Shown: piece after piece, positions 53,857-64,000 of the stretch
Layout: each line of letters starts with the position of its first letter
Position numbering within the stretch: the first letter of the stretch is position 1
DNA from: an uncultured Methanosarcinales archaeon
Lineage (GTDB): Archaea > Halobacteriota > Methanosarcinia > Methanotrichales > Methanotrichaceae
Assembly: GCA_963843555.1 (NCBI GenBank)
Contig: CAWJKV010000004.1
Location: 32,001-96,000, forward strand
DNA length: 64,000 nt
Direction: 5' to 3'
Position numbers and translations under genes: made by a program
Notes under the pieces: model-generated
Database searches by the model: none
Told to the model about the DNA's origin: nothing
Seen by the model: only the letters and a program-made list of their open reading frames with translations

Positions 53857-54567
53857 ATGTATGTTCTAGGAGTAAGCGGGAGTCCAACGAAGAATGCGAA
53901 TACAGACAAGCTTGTAAAAGCAGTTCTCGACTCCACGGGATTGGACACAGCTTTCGTGAAGCTTTCGGACTTAAACATAGGACCCTGCAGGGCCTGCATG
54001 GGCTGTGTAAGAACCAACGAATGTGTCCTGAAGGATGATTTTCAGGAGATCGGCCCACTGGTGATGAAAGCTGATGCTCTGGTGGTTGGCTCTCCGACAT
54101 ACTTCGGACTCCCCAGCGCATTTACCAAAGCATTCATGGAAAGACTTTACGCCTTCCGGCATGTGAATCTTCTCACCAAAGGGAAGGTGGCAGCTGCAGT
54201 GGCTGTAGGCTGTGCAGCCGAGAAGGATGTAGAAGCATGGCTGGGAAAGGTGATGGCTTTTGATGGAATGGATGTCGTGGGAACCATGAGCGCCAAGGGA
54301 ACTCCCTGTTGCTTTGTCTGCGGACCCGGAGAGGCGTGCAACTACGCATCCTGGAATGCTTATAGCCCCGAGATTGCAGGAATGGACTTTGGATGGAAGG
54401 AGAATTACGGGAACTACCTGGAGATACTTCCGGACAACATTCCTTATGTAAAGGGCTCAGCAAGGATTTTGAAGCATCACAGAAATGTGGAGGATGAGCC
54501 CGATGTCATGGCAAGTGCTCGGGTGTTGGGACAGGCCATAAGAAAAAGGCTTGATGATCGAAAATAA
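53857..54567 (+). CDS. Iron-sulfur flavoprotein / flavodoxin family protein
   Basis: GSPTKNANT, CRACMGC...ECVLKDD and GSPTYFG; extra CCFVCGPGEAC. Confidence 0.85.
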   Translation: MYVLGVSGSPTKNANTDKLVKAVLDSTGLDTAFVKLSDLNIGPCRACMGCVRTNECVLKDDFQEIGPLVMKADALVVGSPTYFGLPSAFTKAFMERLYAFRHVNLLTKGKVAAAVAVGCAAEKDVEAWLGKVMAFDGMDVVGTMSAKGTPCCFVCGPGEACNYASWNAYSPEIAGMDFGWKENYGNYLEILPDNIPYVKGSARILKHHRNVEDEPDVMASARVLGQAIRKRLDDRK

Positions 54568-54603
54568 GATTATATCTCACGAAGGTTTGATTTTATGGCA
54601 ATA

Positions 54604-54732
54604 CCCCGATGCTTGCATCGGGGATAAAGTGCATACTTGTTCAACTTAGGAATGGATCAGATCGATATAGTGCCGTCTCCATGCGGCGGCGCCTCGCATG
54701 CCCCGCCTGCTTGCAGCGGGGTGCGCCGCCGC
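54604..54732. mobile_element. Pair of related GC-rich hairpins, probable IS200/IS605-derived non-autonomous palindromic element
   Basis: ccccgatgc-tt-gcatcgggg (54604-54623) and ccccgcctgc-tt-gcagcgggg (54701-54721), the latter nested in gcggcggcgc/gcgccgccgc; about 40 bp from the RM gene break. Confidence 0.55.
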
Positions 54733-54773
54733 CGTTTGACTCTTTTCTTTAATGAAAATTCCAATCGAAACGC

Positions 54774-56684
54774 CTACTTGAATATCAATACATTTTCGTC
54801 TGATGATCCATCTGGACACTTTTCTTTTCTTTTGCTATTTCCATGCAGATTCAGAATGTATATTTCGTTAAAAAAATCAACTAACGATTTTCGCATCTGA
54901 CGATGAGTTACGCCATCAATATATGCATTGTTAGTTATAAATGCCAACACTCCGTAGCCAGTACGCTCGATTCGCCATTGCCCCCAACGAATAAATTTTA
55001 TGAAATCATCATCTTGGTTCAGCTTCTTCTCATTCAAGCCTTTCTTGTAATCCTTCAAGAGATTCAAGATAGTTTCATTTTTATTCATCATACCAAAATT
55101 GGAATACGGGGGATTGCCTAAGATTATCATGATTGGTATATCGCGTTTGACTCTTGACGCAGCGTTTGCCTCATCGCTGAGGATTCTATATGCACCAAAT
55201 AGCTTCTGCCACTCTGTAGGGGCTTCTTCCAATGTGTTAGTTAAATAAATTCCAAGTCGTTCCTCACCAGAAAAGTCATACTGCCAAACCTTTTGCATCT
55301 CTCTTGGCAGATCGAATCCCGCAAGCAGCATCCCAAGTTTGAAGTGGGCCATTGCATAAGGGGCCATAAGTAGCTCGAAACCGAAGAAACGAGGCAAAAG
55401 ATGATCTCGAACATAAGCTGACCAAAGGCCAGCATCGCCCCGATCCATAAATTCAGACCTAATGTGATCCATGACTGCGTACAAAAATGTGCCTGTCCAG
55501 CAAGCTGGGTCCAACACCAACACCCGAGGAGATGTCTCGTGGACTACTTTGAGAAGTTTGGTCCTATCTGGCCGTCCCTCTTTATCCAAAAAAAATTCTT
55601 CTCGATCATATTCCACCTTTGAACTATCAGCAAGGCCGCCCCCAAGTCCAAAATGAGTCTGTAGTATATGATCCACAGACTTGATGATGTACTGCACCAC
55701 GGGCTCAGGTGTGTAATAAACACCCCGCTTCTCCCTTGTCTTGGGATCGTAGGCTGCCAGGAATGTCTCGTAGAAATGCACCATCGGATCTTCCTGCTTA
55801 TTGCGCTTGCCGAAGTTCTCAAGCACCTTCTCGATATCTGTGTTGGCTAAATCTGCACTAGATCGTCCACAAAATCGACGTAAGGCTCCTCGTCCAGGCT
55901 GGAGCCAGTGATGGTTTCAAAGAGCTTCTTCAGAAACGGATTGTTTTGGGGATCTCGCGGGCTGCGCCCAGTCGCAGAAAAGGGCCGGTTCCTTTGTGAT
56001 TGACCCGCGCCGCAAAAAGTCCGTAGACAATTGTTTGAGCATACATGTCTGCGAACTCTGCGGTCTTCTCGGGCTTGTTTAGATCGGGAATAAGAACGTC
56101 TGCGAAGGCCTCCCGCAGATCCTTGAGGTCTTGCGATGCTCTATCCTTTCAAAGGCTTCTATAATAGTGTCGCGAATTATGTGAGCCAGCTTGGCCGCCC
56201 TCTCCGAGAGATCTCTAGGCGTGGTGATGGGCTGAGGGCGACTTTCCAGGAAGAGCTTCAGAAGTTCCGTGGTCTCATCGATTCCGTTCTTATCTGGCAG
56301 GATCTTGTTTCCTTTTCCAATCCTGCCCAGCCGGGCACTGTCTCGGAGTTGGCCGTCCACAAACCAGCGAAACTCCAGGTAGTCTGTCAGAATCAAGTTG
56401 GGCAGAGATTTTTTGTAGCGTTCCAGTTGATCTGAATCCTCCGCCTCATCTAAGGACTTGCCAAGGTCCTTCGTCTCCACATAACCGATAGAAAGGCCGT
56501 CCCTGCGCAGGATGAAATCCGGTGCTCCGCACTCTACTCGTTTTGGTTCGTTGGTGGCTCGAACCCCTGGGTTCAGAGATTCGACTAGATCCTTTAGGGC
56601 CGGTCGGTGAGTGTGTTCTGTCGCCCTCCCTGTCTTGAATTCTCTATCGATCTTTGCCAGATAGACTTTGATAACGTCACTCAT
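54774..56684 (-). pseudogene. Single-polypeptide type IIG/ISP-like restriction-modification enzyme, frameshifted and 3'-truncated
   Basis: N-terminal TEHTHR...GAPDF...GYVETK nuclease; HFYETFL, GVYYTP, motif I altered to DPACWTGTF, motif IV GNPPY; ends shortly after DENV with no specificity domain. Confidence 0.8.
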
Positions 56685-56770
56685 CGCTTCCTGGAGGTCA
56701 ACGAATGTATCGCAGGTTATCGTTTCATACGTGCTCAACAAAAAAAGTTCTAAATTGGCTCCTCGCATTC

Positions 56771-57580
56771 TCAATCCTCAATGAAATAGGGCAGAGCCTC
56801 GTTCACGTTAGATACTTCTATAACATTAAGCCCCAATTCATCTCTTGCTGCCTTGGATAAATCCAGTGTCTTGGGCACATACCTGGCTCTCAGGATTTCG
56901 AAACCCAGATCTGTTGATTGACGTTGCAACTGTCTCTCGTAATAGGTGATATTGGATTGGCCTTTGGGGATAAGGAAATTTTTATACCCGGCGTTGGATG
57001 CTGCTTTCGTCTTTTCCAACACGCCCCCTATCTCGCCTATAGTTCCATCTTCGTTTATGGTTCCAGTTATTACTGCGTCGCTTTTAAGTGCTTTGTTCTC
57101 CAGGGCAGCTATGGTAAGAATTGCCGCTGCAGCTCCCGCACTCTCTCCACCGATGAGTTGCGCTTTAGTCGAGGAGAAATTAAACACAAAATCCTTATCG
57201 AATTTGTAGCTGGAATTGCGCGATTCTGCATAAGTCACTGCCGTCTTTACAGCATATTGGACATCAGGCTCCGAGAACGGATCGGTATTCATTAGAATAT
57301 CGTTGCTGCCCGGAATTAGTCTCAGGTTCATTTCACCTACTACTCCCATTTCGTCATCCGAAACAGCCACTATCGGTATACTCTTCTCAATAATGCTGAA
57401 ACCGGACATTTGCAGCTCATTTCGGTCTGAAACTGAAGACACTACTGGTCCGGATATTTCTCTGATTTCATCTCTTAAGATGGAAGTTTGTCCATTTAGA
57501 TCGTAGATGAGATATGAGTTTACCAGTACCAGGACTAAGAGAATGATACTTACGATCCACAATCCTCTGTTATTAGTCAT
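56771..57580 (-). CDS. Membrane-anchored S16 (Lon-like) protease domain protein
   Basis: N-terminal TM helix; GGESAG (Ser), ITGTINEDGTIGEIGGVLEK (Lys) and IPKGQ. Confidence 0.82.
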   Translation of the reverse strand: MTNNRGLWIVSIILLVLVLVNSYLIYDLNGQTSILRDEIREISGPVVSSVSDRNELQMSGFSIIEKSIPIVAVSDDEMGVVGEMNLRLIPGSNDILMNTDPFSEPDVQYAVKTAVTYAESRNSSYKFDKDFVFNFSSTKAQLIGGESAGAAAAILTIAALENKALKSDAVITGTINEDGTIGEIGGVLEKTKAASNAGYKNFLIPKGQSNITYYERQLQRQSTDLGFEILRARYVPKTLDLSKAARDELGLNVIEVSNVNEALPYFIED

Positions 57581-58010
57581 CGCTCAAACCCCGAGTTGAG
57601 GTATATGGGCCAGGTAGCTCTCCCTGAACTCTTTCTTATCGATATGGTAGTAGATTTATATATTGCTTCCCTTCTAACGTCTCCTCGAAGCTCCTGGATA
57701 AACTCCCGATACATGCCAGCACGTCGGAGATGGGTAGTAAACCTATGCCTGCAACAGTGTGGCAAGAAAAGATTCTCCATGCGCTCTGAGTTTGGATTGT
57801 GGAGCCCAACTTCTCAGCAGGTTTGGTGACTTCCAGGTAGACACCATTGTGGTTTAGACGGTCCCCAAATTATTTATAAATAACGCTTTTGAACCTTTCT
57901 CATTGCGAGTCTCTCTGGCTCTTACCACCTGGTCGGTATAAGGGCCATTTTCATCGTCGAAGAAAAAGGTCCGTATGGTCCTCTTGGGAGTGGGCTTGAG
58001 CCTAATGAAG
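57577..58010 (-). pseudogene. Tyrosine recombinase/integrase C-terminal remnant
   Basis: IRLKPTPKRT, KALFINN and PHCCRHRFTTHLRRAGM...QELRGD (HxxR box); several frameshifts, N-terminus absent. Confidence 0.75.
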
Positions 58011-58175
58011 TAAAGTAATTCCTAAGGTCCTCAAGCCAGCATTTCGTTCGTTAGGAAGGTATTCGAGAAAGCTCACCATCGTGCATTATACGCCAAAATT
58101 GTTATGGATAAAAATGATATCTTACAAGCAACTATAAATAACTTTGATGCCATAACAATCCAGAGAGGAATACAT

Positions 58176-58286
58176 ATGGGAATTGCTAGAGCCGCTGCGG
58201 GTGTTGCTGTTGTAAAGCATCACCATGAAAAGAAGGAAGACAAGAAGGAAGCAAAGGAGCAGGAGAAGGAACAGAAAAAGACTTAA
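58176..58286 (+). CDS. Small hypothetical protein (36 aa)
   Basis: GAGG RBS; MGIARAAAGVAVVKHHHEKKEDKKEAKEQEKEQKKT*; T-rich terminator-like region follows. Confidence 0.45.
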   Translation: MGIARAAAGVAVVKHHHEKKEDKKEAKEQEKEQKKT

Positions 58287-58635
58287 ATAATCCCATGACT
58301 CGAAGGACAAAAATTACAATTTCCATCGCCTTGCATTGTCCTTAAATTGCTTTTTTTGGTGCGGTTTTTCTAATTTTTGTATTTTTGTTCCTTTTTTTTG
58401 TGCTCTTTTCAAAACCATTATTTACCGGGTGAGCTCCTTGTTTTCCTCGTGACCTTAGGACATCAGCTTTTTTTAATCTTTCCTTAACCAAAACCAGGCA
58501 TACCTATTGGTTGAGTTCTTAAGTCACGAGATCCGAAAATAATAATACCCGGCTTATCGTACCTTAATGAGGAGATCGAATTAAATTAAAGAACTGCAAG
58601 CCGTTGGGCGGGTCGGCTGCCTGTCTTGCCTGCAT

Positions 58636-59562
58636 TTACTGAAGCACTTCTGCTACACTTAAGACTATCTTTCCTCGCGTATGCCTGCTTTCGCTCACTT
58701 CCTGTGCCTTTTTGGCTTCGCTGAGGGGAAGTACCATAGTCACGATAGGCTGGATAAGCTTTCCATCAATAATCTTAGCGATCTGTGCAAGTTCATTGCT
58801 ATTGGCCTGACTTACAATATGTCTTGCACGCACTCCACGGGCATTTGCCACGTCTTCCTGAACATCAGCGACTGATGTGACCAGGAACCCGCCTGGTTTC
58901 AAAACTCCCCAGGATCTATCAAATGTGTCACCGCCAACCGTATCGATCACCACATCCACATCATGAACGATGTCCTCGAACCTTTGCGCATTGTAATCGA
59001 TCACCTCATCGGCGCCGAGGCTCTTTAAGAACTGGACATTGAAGTTGGATGCAGTAGCGACGGCATGTGCTCCCTTCCATTTTGCGAATTGAAGGGCGAA
59101 ACTTCCCACTCCGCCAGCAGCCCCATGTATGAGTACAGTCTGATCATTCTTGAGTCCTGCAATGTCGAAGAGCATTTGCCAGGCGGTAAGACCCGCAGTA
59201 GGGATGGCAGCGGCTTCGATGAATCCAATGCTTCTGGGCTTCAAAGCTGCCTGAGATTCGCTAACAATAGTATACTCTGCGTATCCACCATGTGCAGGTG
59301 ATGCTTTGGCAAAGATTTGATCACCTGGGTGGAACTGATCCACTTTTGGTCCTAGTGCATCCACAATGCCTGAGACATCAAATCCCATAGTCATCGGCAA
59401 GGGTATCTTCATGGAACCGTTTCGTATCTTCCAGTCGACCGGATTGACCCCTGCGGCTATCACCTTGATTCGGATCTCGCCCAGACCTGGCTGCGGCACC
59501 GGAACATCCTCATACATCAGAACCTCCGGACCGCCGAACTCATGAATCCTAACAGCTTTCAT
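58636..59562 (-). CDS. NADP-dependent quinone oxidoreductase (MDR superfamily)
   Basis: MKAVRIHEFGGPEVL, GVNPVDWK, GGYAEY, HGAAGGVG and RGKIVL. Confidence 0.9.
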   Translation of the reverse strand: MKAVRIHEFGGPEVLMYEDVPVPQPGLGEIRIKVIAAGVNPVDWKIRNGSMKIPLPMTMGFDVSGIVDALGPKVDQFHPGDQIFAKASPAHGGYAEYTIVSESQAALKPRSIGFIEAAAIPTAGLTAWQMLFDIAGLKNDQTVLIHGAAGGVGSFALQFAKWKGAHAVATASNFNVQFLKSLGADEVIDYNAQRFEDIVHDVDVVIDTVGGDTFDRSWGVLKPGGFLVTSVADVQEDVANARGVRARHIVSQANSNELAQIAKIIDGKLIQPIVTMVLPLSEAKKAQEVSESRHTRGKIVLSVAEVLQ

Positions 59563-60584
59563 CGTCTTAACCCGCCATTCCGCCTCAGCCAGAATACAGG
59601 CCATCTGTCAACCATCTGTCCTCAAGATTTTTGTTGCGATGGGCTTAGATCAGGGTGGCAAGAGGATCCATTTCTGGGGGATGAACCAGAGGCGGCCTGC
59701 ATCCCGAAGCTAGCAGAATTCCCATTCCTTTGCTCAATACCAACAGATCCCTTAAGGCATCTTATCGAATCGTGAGTGGCAGAAGCTATTTTAAGGATGA
59801 TGCTACCCTCAGACCAATACATGCCATTAGCCAATTAGTCCACTACTATTATACGAGTTCAAGAGTGATAAATATTTGGGATTTGTCTGGATCGGCTCTC
59901 CGAAATTAACCTCTTATAAGGGATTGTTGCGGAGTTGATATCCAAGAGAAAATTTCGGCTCTTTGCCGTATCGAGAGGGGAAAGGGATACTCGACTCTCG
60001 TGAACTTTCTCCTCAGGAAGGGAGGATCTTATGGATGAATGTCAGCGCGATTGAGTTGGAGCGTGTCTCCTCCAAGCCCAAAAATTACCGATGTCTTAAA
60101 TTCTCTTTTGCAGCGCAGCATCGTCTTTTTCATGTACTTCCCTCCATGAGTTGATGATGCTTAATTCATTTTCCTCTCGGAGGGGTTCACTCCACCTCAT
60201 AATTCTCCCCTTGATGTATCCTCTAGATACTGCCGATCGCTGCAGGAAGCTGGAGCGAAATAGAGCGATCTCGGGCGGCGCACAGGATTGAGTATGCCGA
60301 TCTGGAACCACTCATTTGAAGAGCTGGAAGAGGAAAGCTGGATCATCCGGGCTGCCCGCACCTTCAGGCAAGAGGATAAACCATGAAAACAGATGACAGA
60401 AGCTTTATTCTCTAACGAGAATTCCTGTGGCCATAGCTCTATCAACCGCAGATTCGGGCTTTCCTTGAGGCTAACTGTCTAGGAGCAGATGCGAGTGCAC
60501 TTTGGCTCAAGTGCGTTTGATAATTCAAAACGTTTATGAAGATAGAACTGTCTCTTGCTTTTCATGTTGAAGAGATCTGCGGAT

Positions 60585-63347
60585 ATGGGAGACGTGGGCA
60601 AAAAAACCTCGGCAGGAGCCCAAGAGGTCACGCCGAGGGATGCTCCATCGGTCCCCCTGAAAAAAAAGGCCCGGTCTGAGAGCAGGGCCGATATTCGGCA
60701 GAATAGTGATTTGTACCTTTATGCAGGATTGATACTGGCGGCACTCTTATCATTCTATCTGCGCGCCTATATTCTCTGGAATAAAGTCTTCTCCGGCAGC
60801 AAGGTTATCTTCAGCAGTGAAAGCGATGCCTGGTATCATATGATGCTCGCCAAAGGCGTTGTGATCAACCAGCAGAGACTCTGGTTTGATCCCATGACTA
60901 ACTTTCCCCATGGAACGCCACTCCACTTCGGCCCTTTCCTCGACTGGGCCATTGCAATTTTCTCCTATATCTTCGGCCTTGGCCATCCCAGCATGCATCT
61001 CGTTGAAGTGGTTGGCGCCTTCATGCCAGCAGTCTTGGGGGCGCTCTTGGTCTTCCCTGTCTACTTCATAGGAAAGGAGCTCGGAGGCAAGAGCTGCGGC
61101 TTCGTCTCAGCGATGATTGTCGCCGTACTTCCCGGTCAAATCTACATCCGCACCACACTTGGATTCACAGATCATCACGCGGCAGAGATTTTTTTTAGCA
61201 CCTTAACTATGATGTTCTTGCTCATGGCTCTCCGCACCGGGAAGGGCATGACCTTCGGGGACGTGCAGAAGGATTGGTCATCATTCAAGAACCCTCTCCT
61301 CTACTCCACCCTGGCGGGAGTTTCGCTCGGCCTTTACATCGATGCCTGGTCGTCTGGGTTCCTCTTTGTTGGCATAATTCTGCTCTTTATTTTCCTGCAG
61401 AGCATTTTTGACCACATAAAGGGAAAAAATGTAGAGTACTTAAGCATCAGCGGCGCCATTACCTTCATTGTAGCCACACTATTGGTGCTCCCCTTTGTGA
61501 AGCCCTACCACGGCTTCAATCACTATCTCTACAGTTTCTTCCAGCCCACCGTACTTCTCCTGGGAGTAGTGGCGGTCATCATCTTCGCTATCCTGTCCAG
61601 ATACATCAGAGATAACGGCCTCAATAGATACTACTACCCCCTCTCAATGGTGGGAATTACTGCGATCGGCACATTGATGCTCTTGGTTGCCATCCCCCAG
61701 TTCATCTGGCCCCTCCTCACAGGGCTGACCATATTCCAGCAGAAAACAGGAGGCGCGATTACTGTTAATGAAGTAACACCATTATTCTCCTATGGCGGTG
61801 CCTTCTCTGTGGTCGATGTCATGGTCGGGTTCCCTGGCATCATCAGGACGACTTATTTCCCTGCCATATTCTTCTCCACCTTCACATTCGCCTTTGTGGC
61901 ACTGATTTTGCTTCTGATTCGAAATTTCAAGAGCCAAAAGCCCGCTGAAATTATGATCTTAATCTGGTCCCTGGTCATTCTCGTCATGGCCATCGCCCAA
62001 AATAGGTTCACCTATTACTATGGAGTAAACGTGGCTATTCTCACTTCATTTCTGGGGATATGGGTATTCCATAAGTTCGGAATCAAGGAAATGGAGTGGA
62101 ACTCTGAAGAGTTTAGGGAACCGGCCAAACTGCCAGCCTCAAATCTCAAGATCATTCTGGCTGCAGTCGTGATAATTCTACTTGTTATATGGCCCAGTCT
62201 GACCACGACTATAGAATTTGCTAACTATGCAGCAGGCCCTGATTCAGACTGGTTGACCTCGACGGCATGGCTGAAGAACAATACACCAAGTCCCGGAATG
62301 GATCTCTATGCGAAATATGAGCAACCCGCCAACGGCCAGTACGTCTACCCGAATGCCGCTTACGGCATCATGTCCTGGTGGGATTACGGACACCTTATTG
62401 AGACCGTGGGCCATAGGATTCCCAATGCCAATCCATTCCAGCAAGGGATAGGCAGCGTCACAGCGAATGTGCCCGGGTCCTCGCCCTTTTTCCTGGCCGA
62501 GAATGAGAGCCAGGCAGAAAAGGTGCTTGCCGAACTGGATCTGAAAAGGTCGCGTTACATGAATGCCAAATATGTGATAATCGACCAGCCCATGACCAGC
62601 GGCAAATTCCATGCCATGGCCTCATGGAGTGATATTCCCGATTCGCAATACATGGCAACAGTTTACGGGTCACGAGGGAACCAGTTGGTTCCGATCCAGC
62701 TCTATCGAGAATCCTACTTCAAGACGATGACGGCACGCCTGTTCTTCTTCGACGGCACGGAGGTGGCAGGGGATCAGAGAGTGGGATTCGCCTATCGCAT
62801 TACGGATGTGGGAGATGGAGTTACTGTTCCAGTGCTCACCAAGGCGCCCCTTATCTCCGAGAATCGCACCGAACTGGAGGCCTTCGTCAACGAGAGCCGA
62901 AACCAGGGGGACCTTGCCGAGATCTATTCCACCAGCCCCTCCCGTGCAGCATTCCCATTGGAGGCTTTGCAGCACTTCAGGCTGGTGCATGAATCGGAGA
63001 CAGCTGTAACCAGCGACGGCCAGAAGGATGTTAAGATCTTCGAGAACGTTCCTGGCGCGGTGATAAAGGGAAGTGCACCAGCAGGAACCAAAGTCGTAGC
63101 CGCGGTGCCCATCATGACCAATCAAAACCGGACTTTCCTGTACCAGCAGTCCAACATCAGCGATTCCAGCGGCCAGTTCTCTCTGGTACTTCCCTATTCG
63201 ACGGAAGGTCCCATTCCCAGTGGCACGCAATTCGATACCAAACCCATGAGCAGCTACAAGCTGTCTGTGGGAGACGATACCTACGAATTGAAGGTGCCTG
63301 AGGAGTACGTTCTCTCAGGAGTTGTCCTCAACGTATCCGGATCGTAG
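60585..63347 (+). CDS. aglB: Oligosaccharyltransferase AglB (STT3)
   Basis: ESDAWYH, DHHAAE, multiple TM helices, QNRFTYY, SWWDYGH and ANPFQQG. Confidence 0.95.
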   Translation: MGDVGKKTSAGAQEVTPRDAPSVPLKKKARSESRADIRQNSDLYLYAGLILAALLSFYLRAYILWNKVFSGSKVIFSSESDAWYHMMLAKGVVINQQRLWFDPMTNFPHGTPLHFGPFLDWAIAIFSYIFGLGHPSMHLVEVVGAFMPAVLGALLVFPVYFIGKELGGKSCGFVSAMIVAVLPGQIYIRTTLGFTDHHAAEIFFSTLTMMFLLMALRTGKGMTFGDVQKDWSSFKNPLLYSTLAGVSLGLYIDAWSSGFLFVGIILLFIFLQSIFDHIKGKNVEYLSISGAITFIVATLLVLPFVKPYHGFNHYLYSFFQPTVLLLGVVAVIIFAILSRYIRDNGLNRYYYPLSMVGITAIGTLMLLVAIPQFIWPLLTGLTIFQQKTGGAITVNEVTPLFSYGGAFSVVDVMVGFPGIIRTTYFPAIFFSTFTFAFVALILLLIRNFKSQKPAEIMILIWSLVILVMAIAQNRFTYYYGVNVAILTSFLGIWVFHKFGIKEMEWNSEEFREPAKLPASNLKIILAAVVIILLVIWPSLTTTIEFANYAAGPDSDWLTSTAWLKNNTPSPGMDLYAKYEQPANGQYVYPNAAYGIMSWWDYGHLIETVGHRIPNANPFQQGIGSVTANVPGSSPFFLAENESQAEKVLAELDLKRSRYMNAKYVIIDQPMTSGKFHAMASWSDIPDSQYMATVYGSRGNQLVPIQLYRESYFKTMTARLFFFDGTEVAGDQRVGFAYRITDVGDGVTVPVLTKAPLISENRTELEAFVNESRNQGDLAEIYSTSPSRAAFPLEALQHFRLVHESETAVTSDGQKDVKIFENVPGAVIKGSAPAGTKVVAAVPIMTNQNRTFLYQQSNISDSSGQFSLVLPYSTEGPIPSGTQFDTKPMSSYKLSVGDDTYELKVPEEYVLSGVVLNVSGS

Positions 63348-64000
63348 CAGACCTCGGATGCGGGAGAGGCTTCATGAAGCTCCTGGTGGTAATGAGCTGG
63401 CCCGAGATCGAAGCAGGACTCGGGCAGACCCGACCTGTGATCCTGCCAGTAGGTGCCACAGAGGAAAACGGCCCTCACCTCCCCCGATCATGAATACCAT
63501 TTCAAGCTCTGGAGGTGGCTCGGTCTGTTGCTGACCAGAAGGACGTATTCCTGGGCTCTACCACTGCGTTACGGTGCCTGTTGCAGCGCGGTTTCCCGGC
63601 ACCATACAGTAGGGCACGTGTTCTGCGAGCCTTGTCTCATTCGCAGACAGCGGCTTTGCAAAGGTCATGATTCTGACGGGGCATGCCGGTGGCAGCATAT
63701 GGCGGCCCTGGATGAGGCATGCCAGATATCCGTAGAAAACCAGATTTTCGCCCTGCTCAGCAATGACCTACTTCTGCATCTCTCGTTAACTTGCAGGTCG
63801 AGCCTCCTCTTTGAATAAAGAGATCATTCCGATCTTCCAAGAAGTGCAAAATCTCGAAAAAATATATTTTGCTGGAAAAAATGGAATTAATCTCTTGCTT
63901 GCTCTAAACTACAGATCACGGATATTCATACGAATGGAAAATGGCTTGCAGAATTATCAAAGATAGCTCCTGGCACAATCTGAGAAAAGCTTGGAGCGAG

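Noticed and set aside
59600..60550. Short ORFs between the oxidoreductase and aglB, and at 63350-63820
   Set aside because: No recognisable motifs or consistent frame; possibly decayed genes, but unsupported.

Overview
This is a 64-kb chromosomal segment of a methanogenic archaeon. The gene set is most consistent with Methanothrix/Methanosaeta (Methanosarcinales): ycaO-tfuA, methanogenesis markers 2 and 4, atwA, polC/DP2, radA-rpa, metG, aglB and many lineage-type secreted proteins. Most of it is core genome. Many genes carry isolated indels, including the essential polC and metG, which points to unpolished assembly errors rather than biology. Notable items: (1) ycaO-tfuA-thiS converges on an HTH-larE-like-sufS-fdhD-ttuA sulfur-transfer cluster headed by a cysE remnant, with a small toxin-antitoxin/nuclease islet in between. 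(2) Two unannotated, strongly base-paired intergenic elements flank the DUF296-polC operon (about 23541-23690 and 27749-27994). (3) There is an RLAN + ATP-grasp + CxxCxxCC + GCS2 amidoligase operon with a short upstream ORF. (4) There is a secreted Cys/Met-rich 16-aa repeat protein and several other secreted paralog pairs. (5) A decayed integrative islet holds an integrase remnant, a Lon-like protease, a truncated restriction-modification gene and IS200/IS605-like hairpins. I recognised no rRNA, tRNA or CRISPR array. All family calls come from motif recognition by eye; no database search was run.
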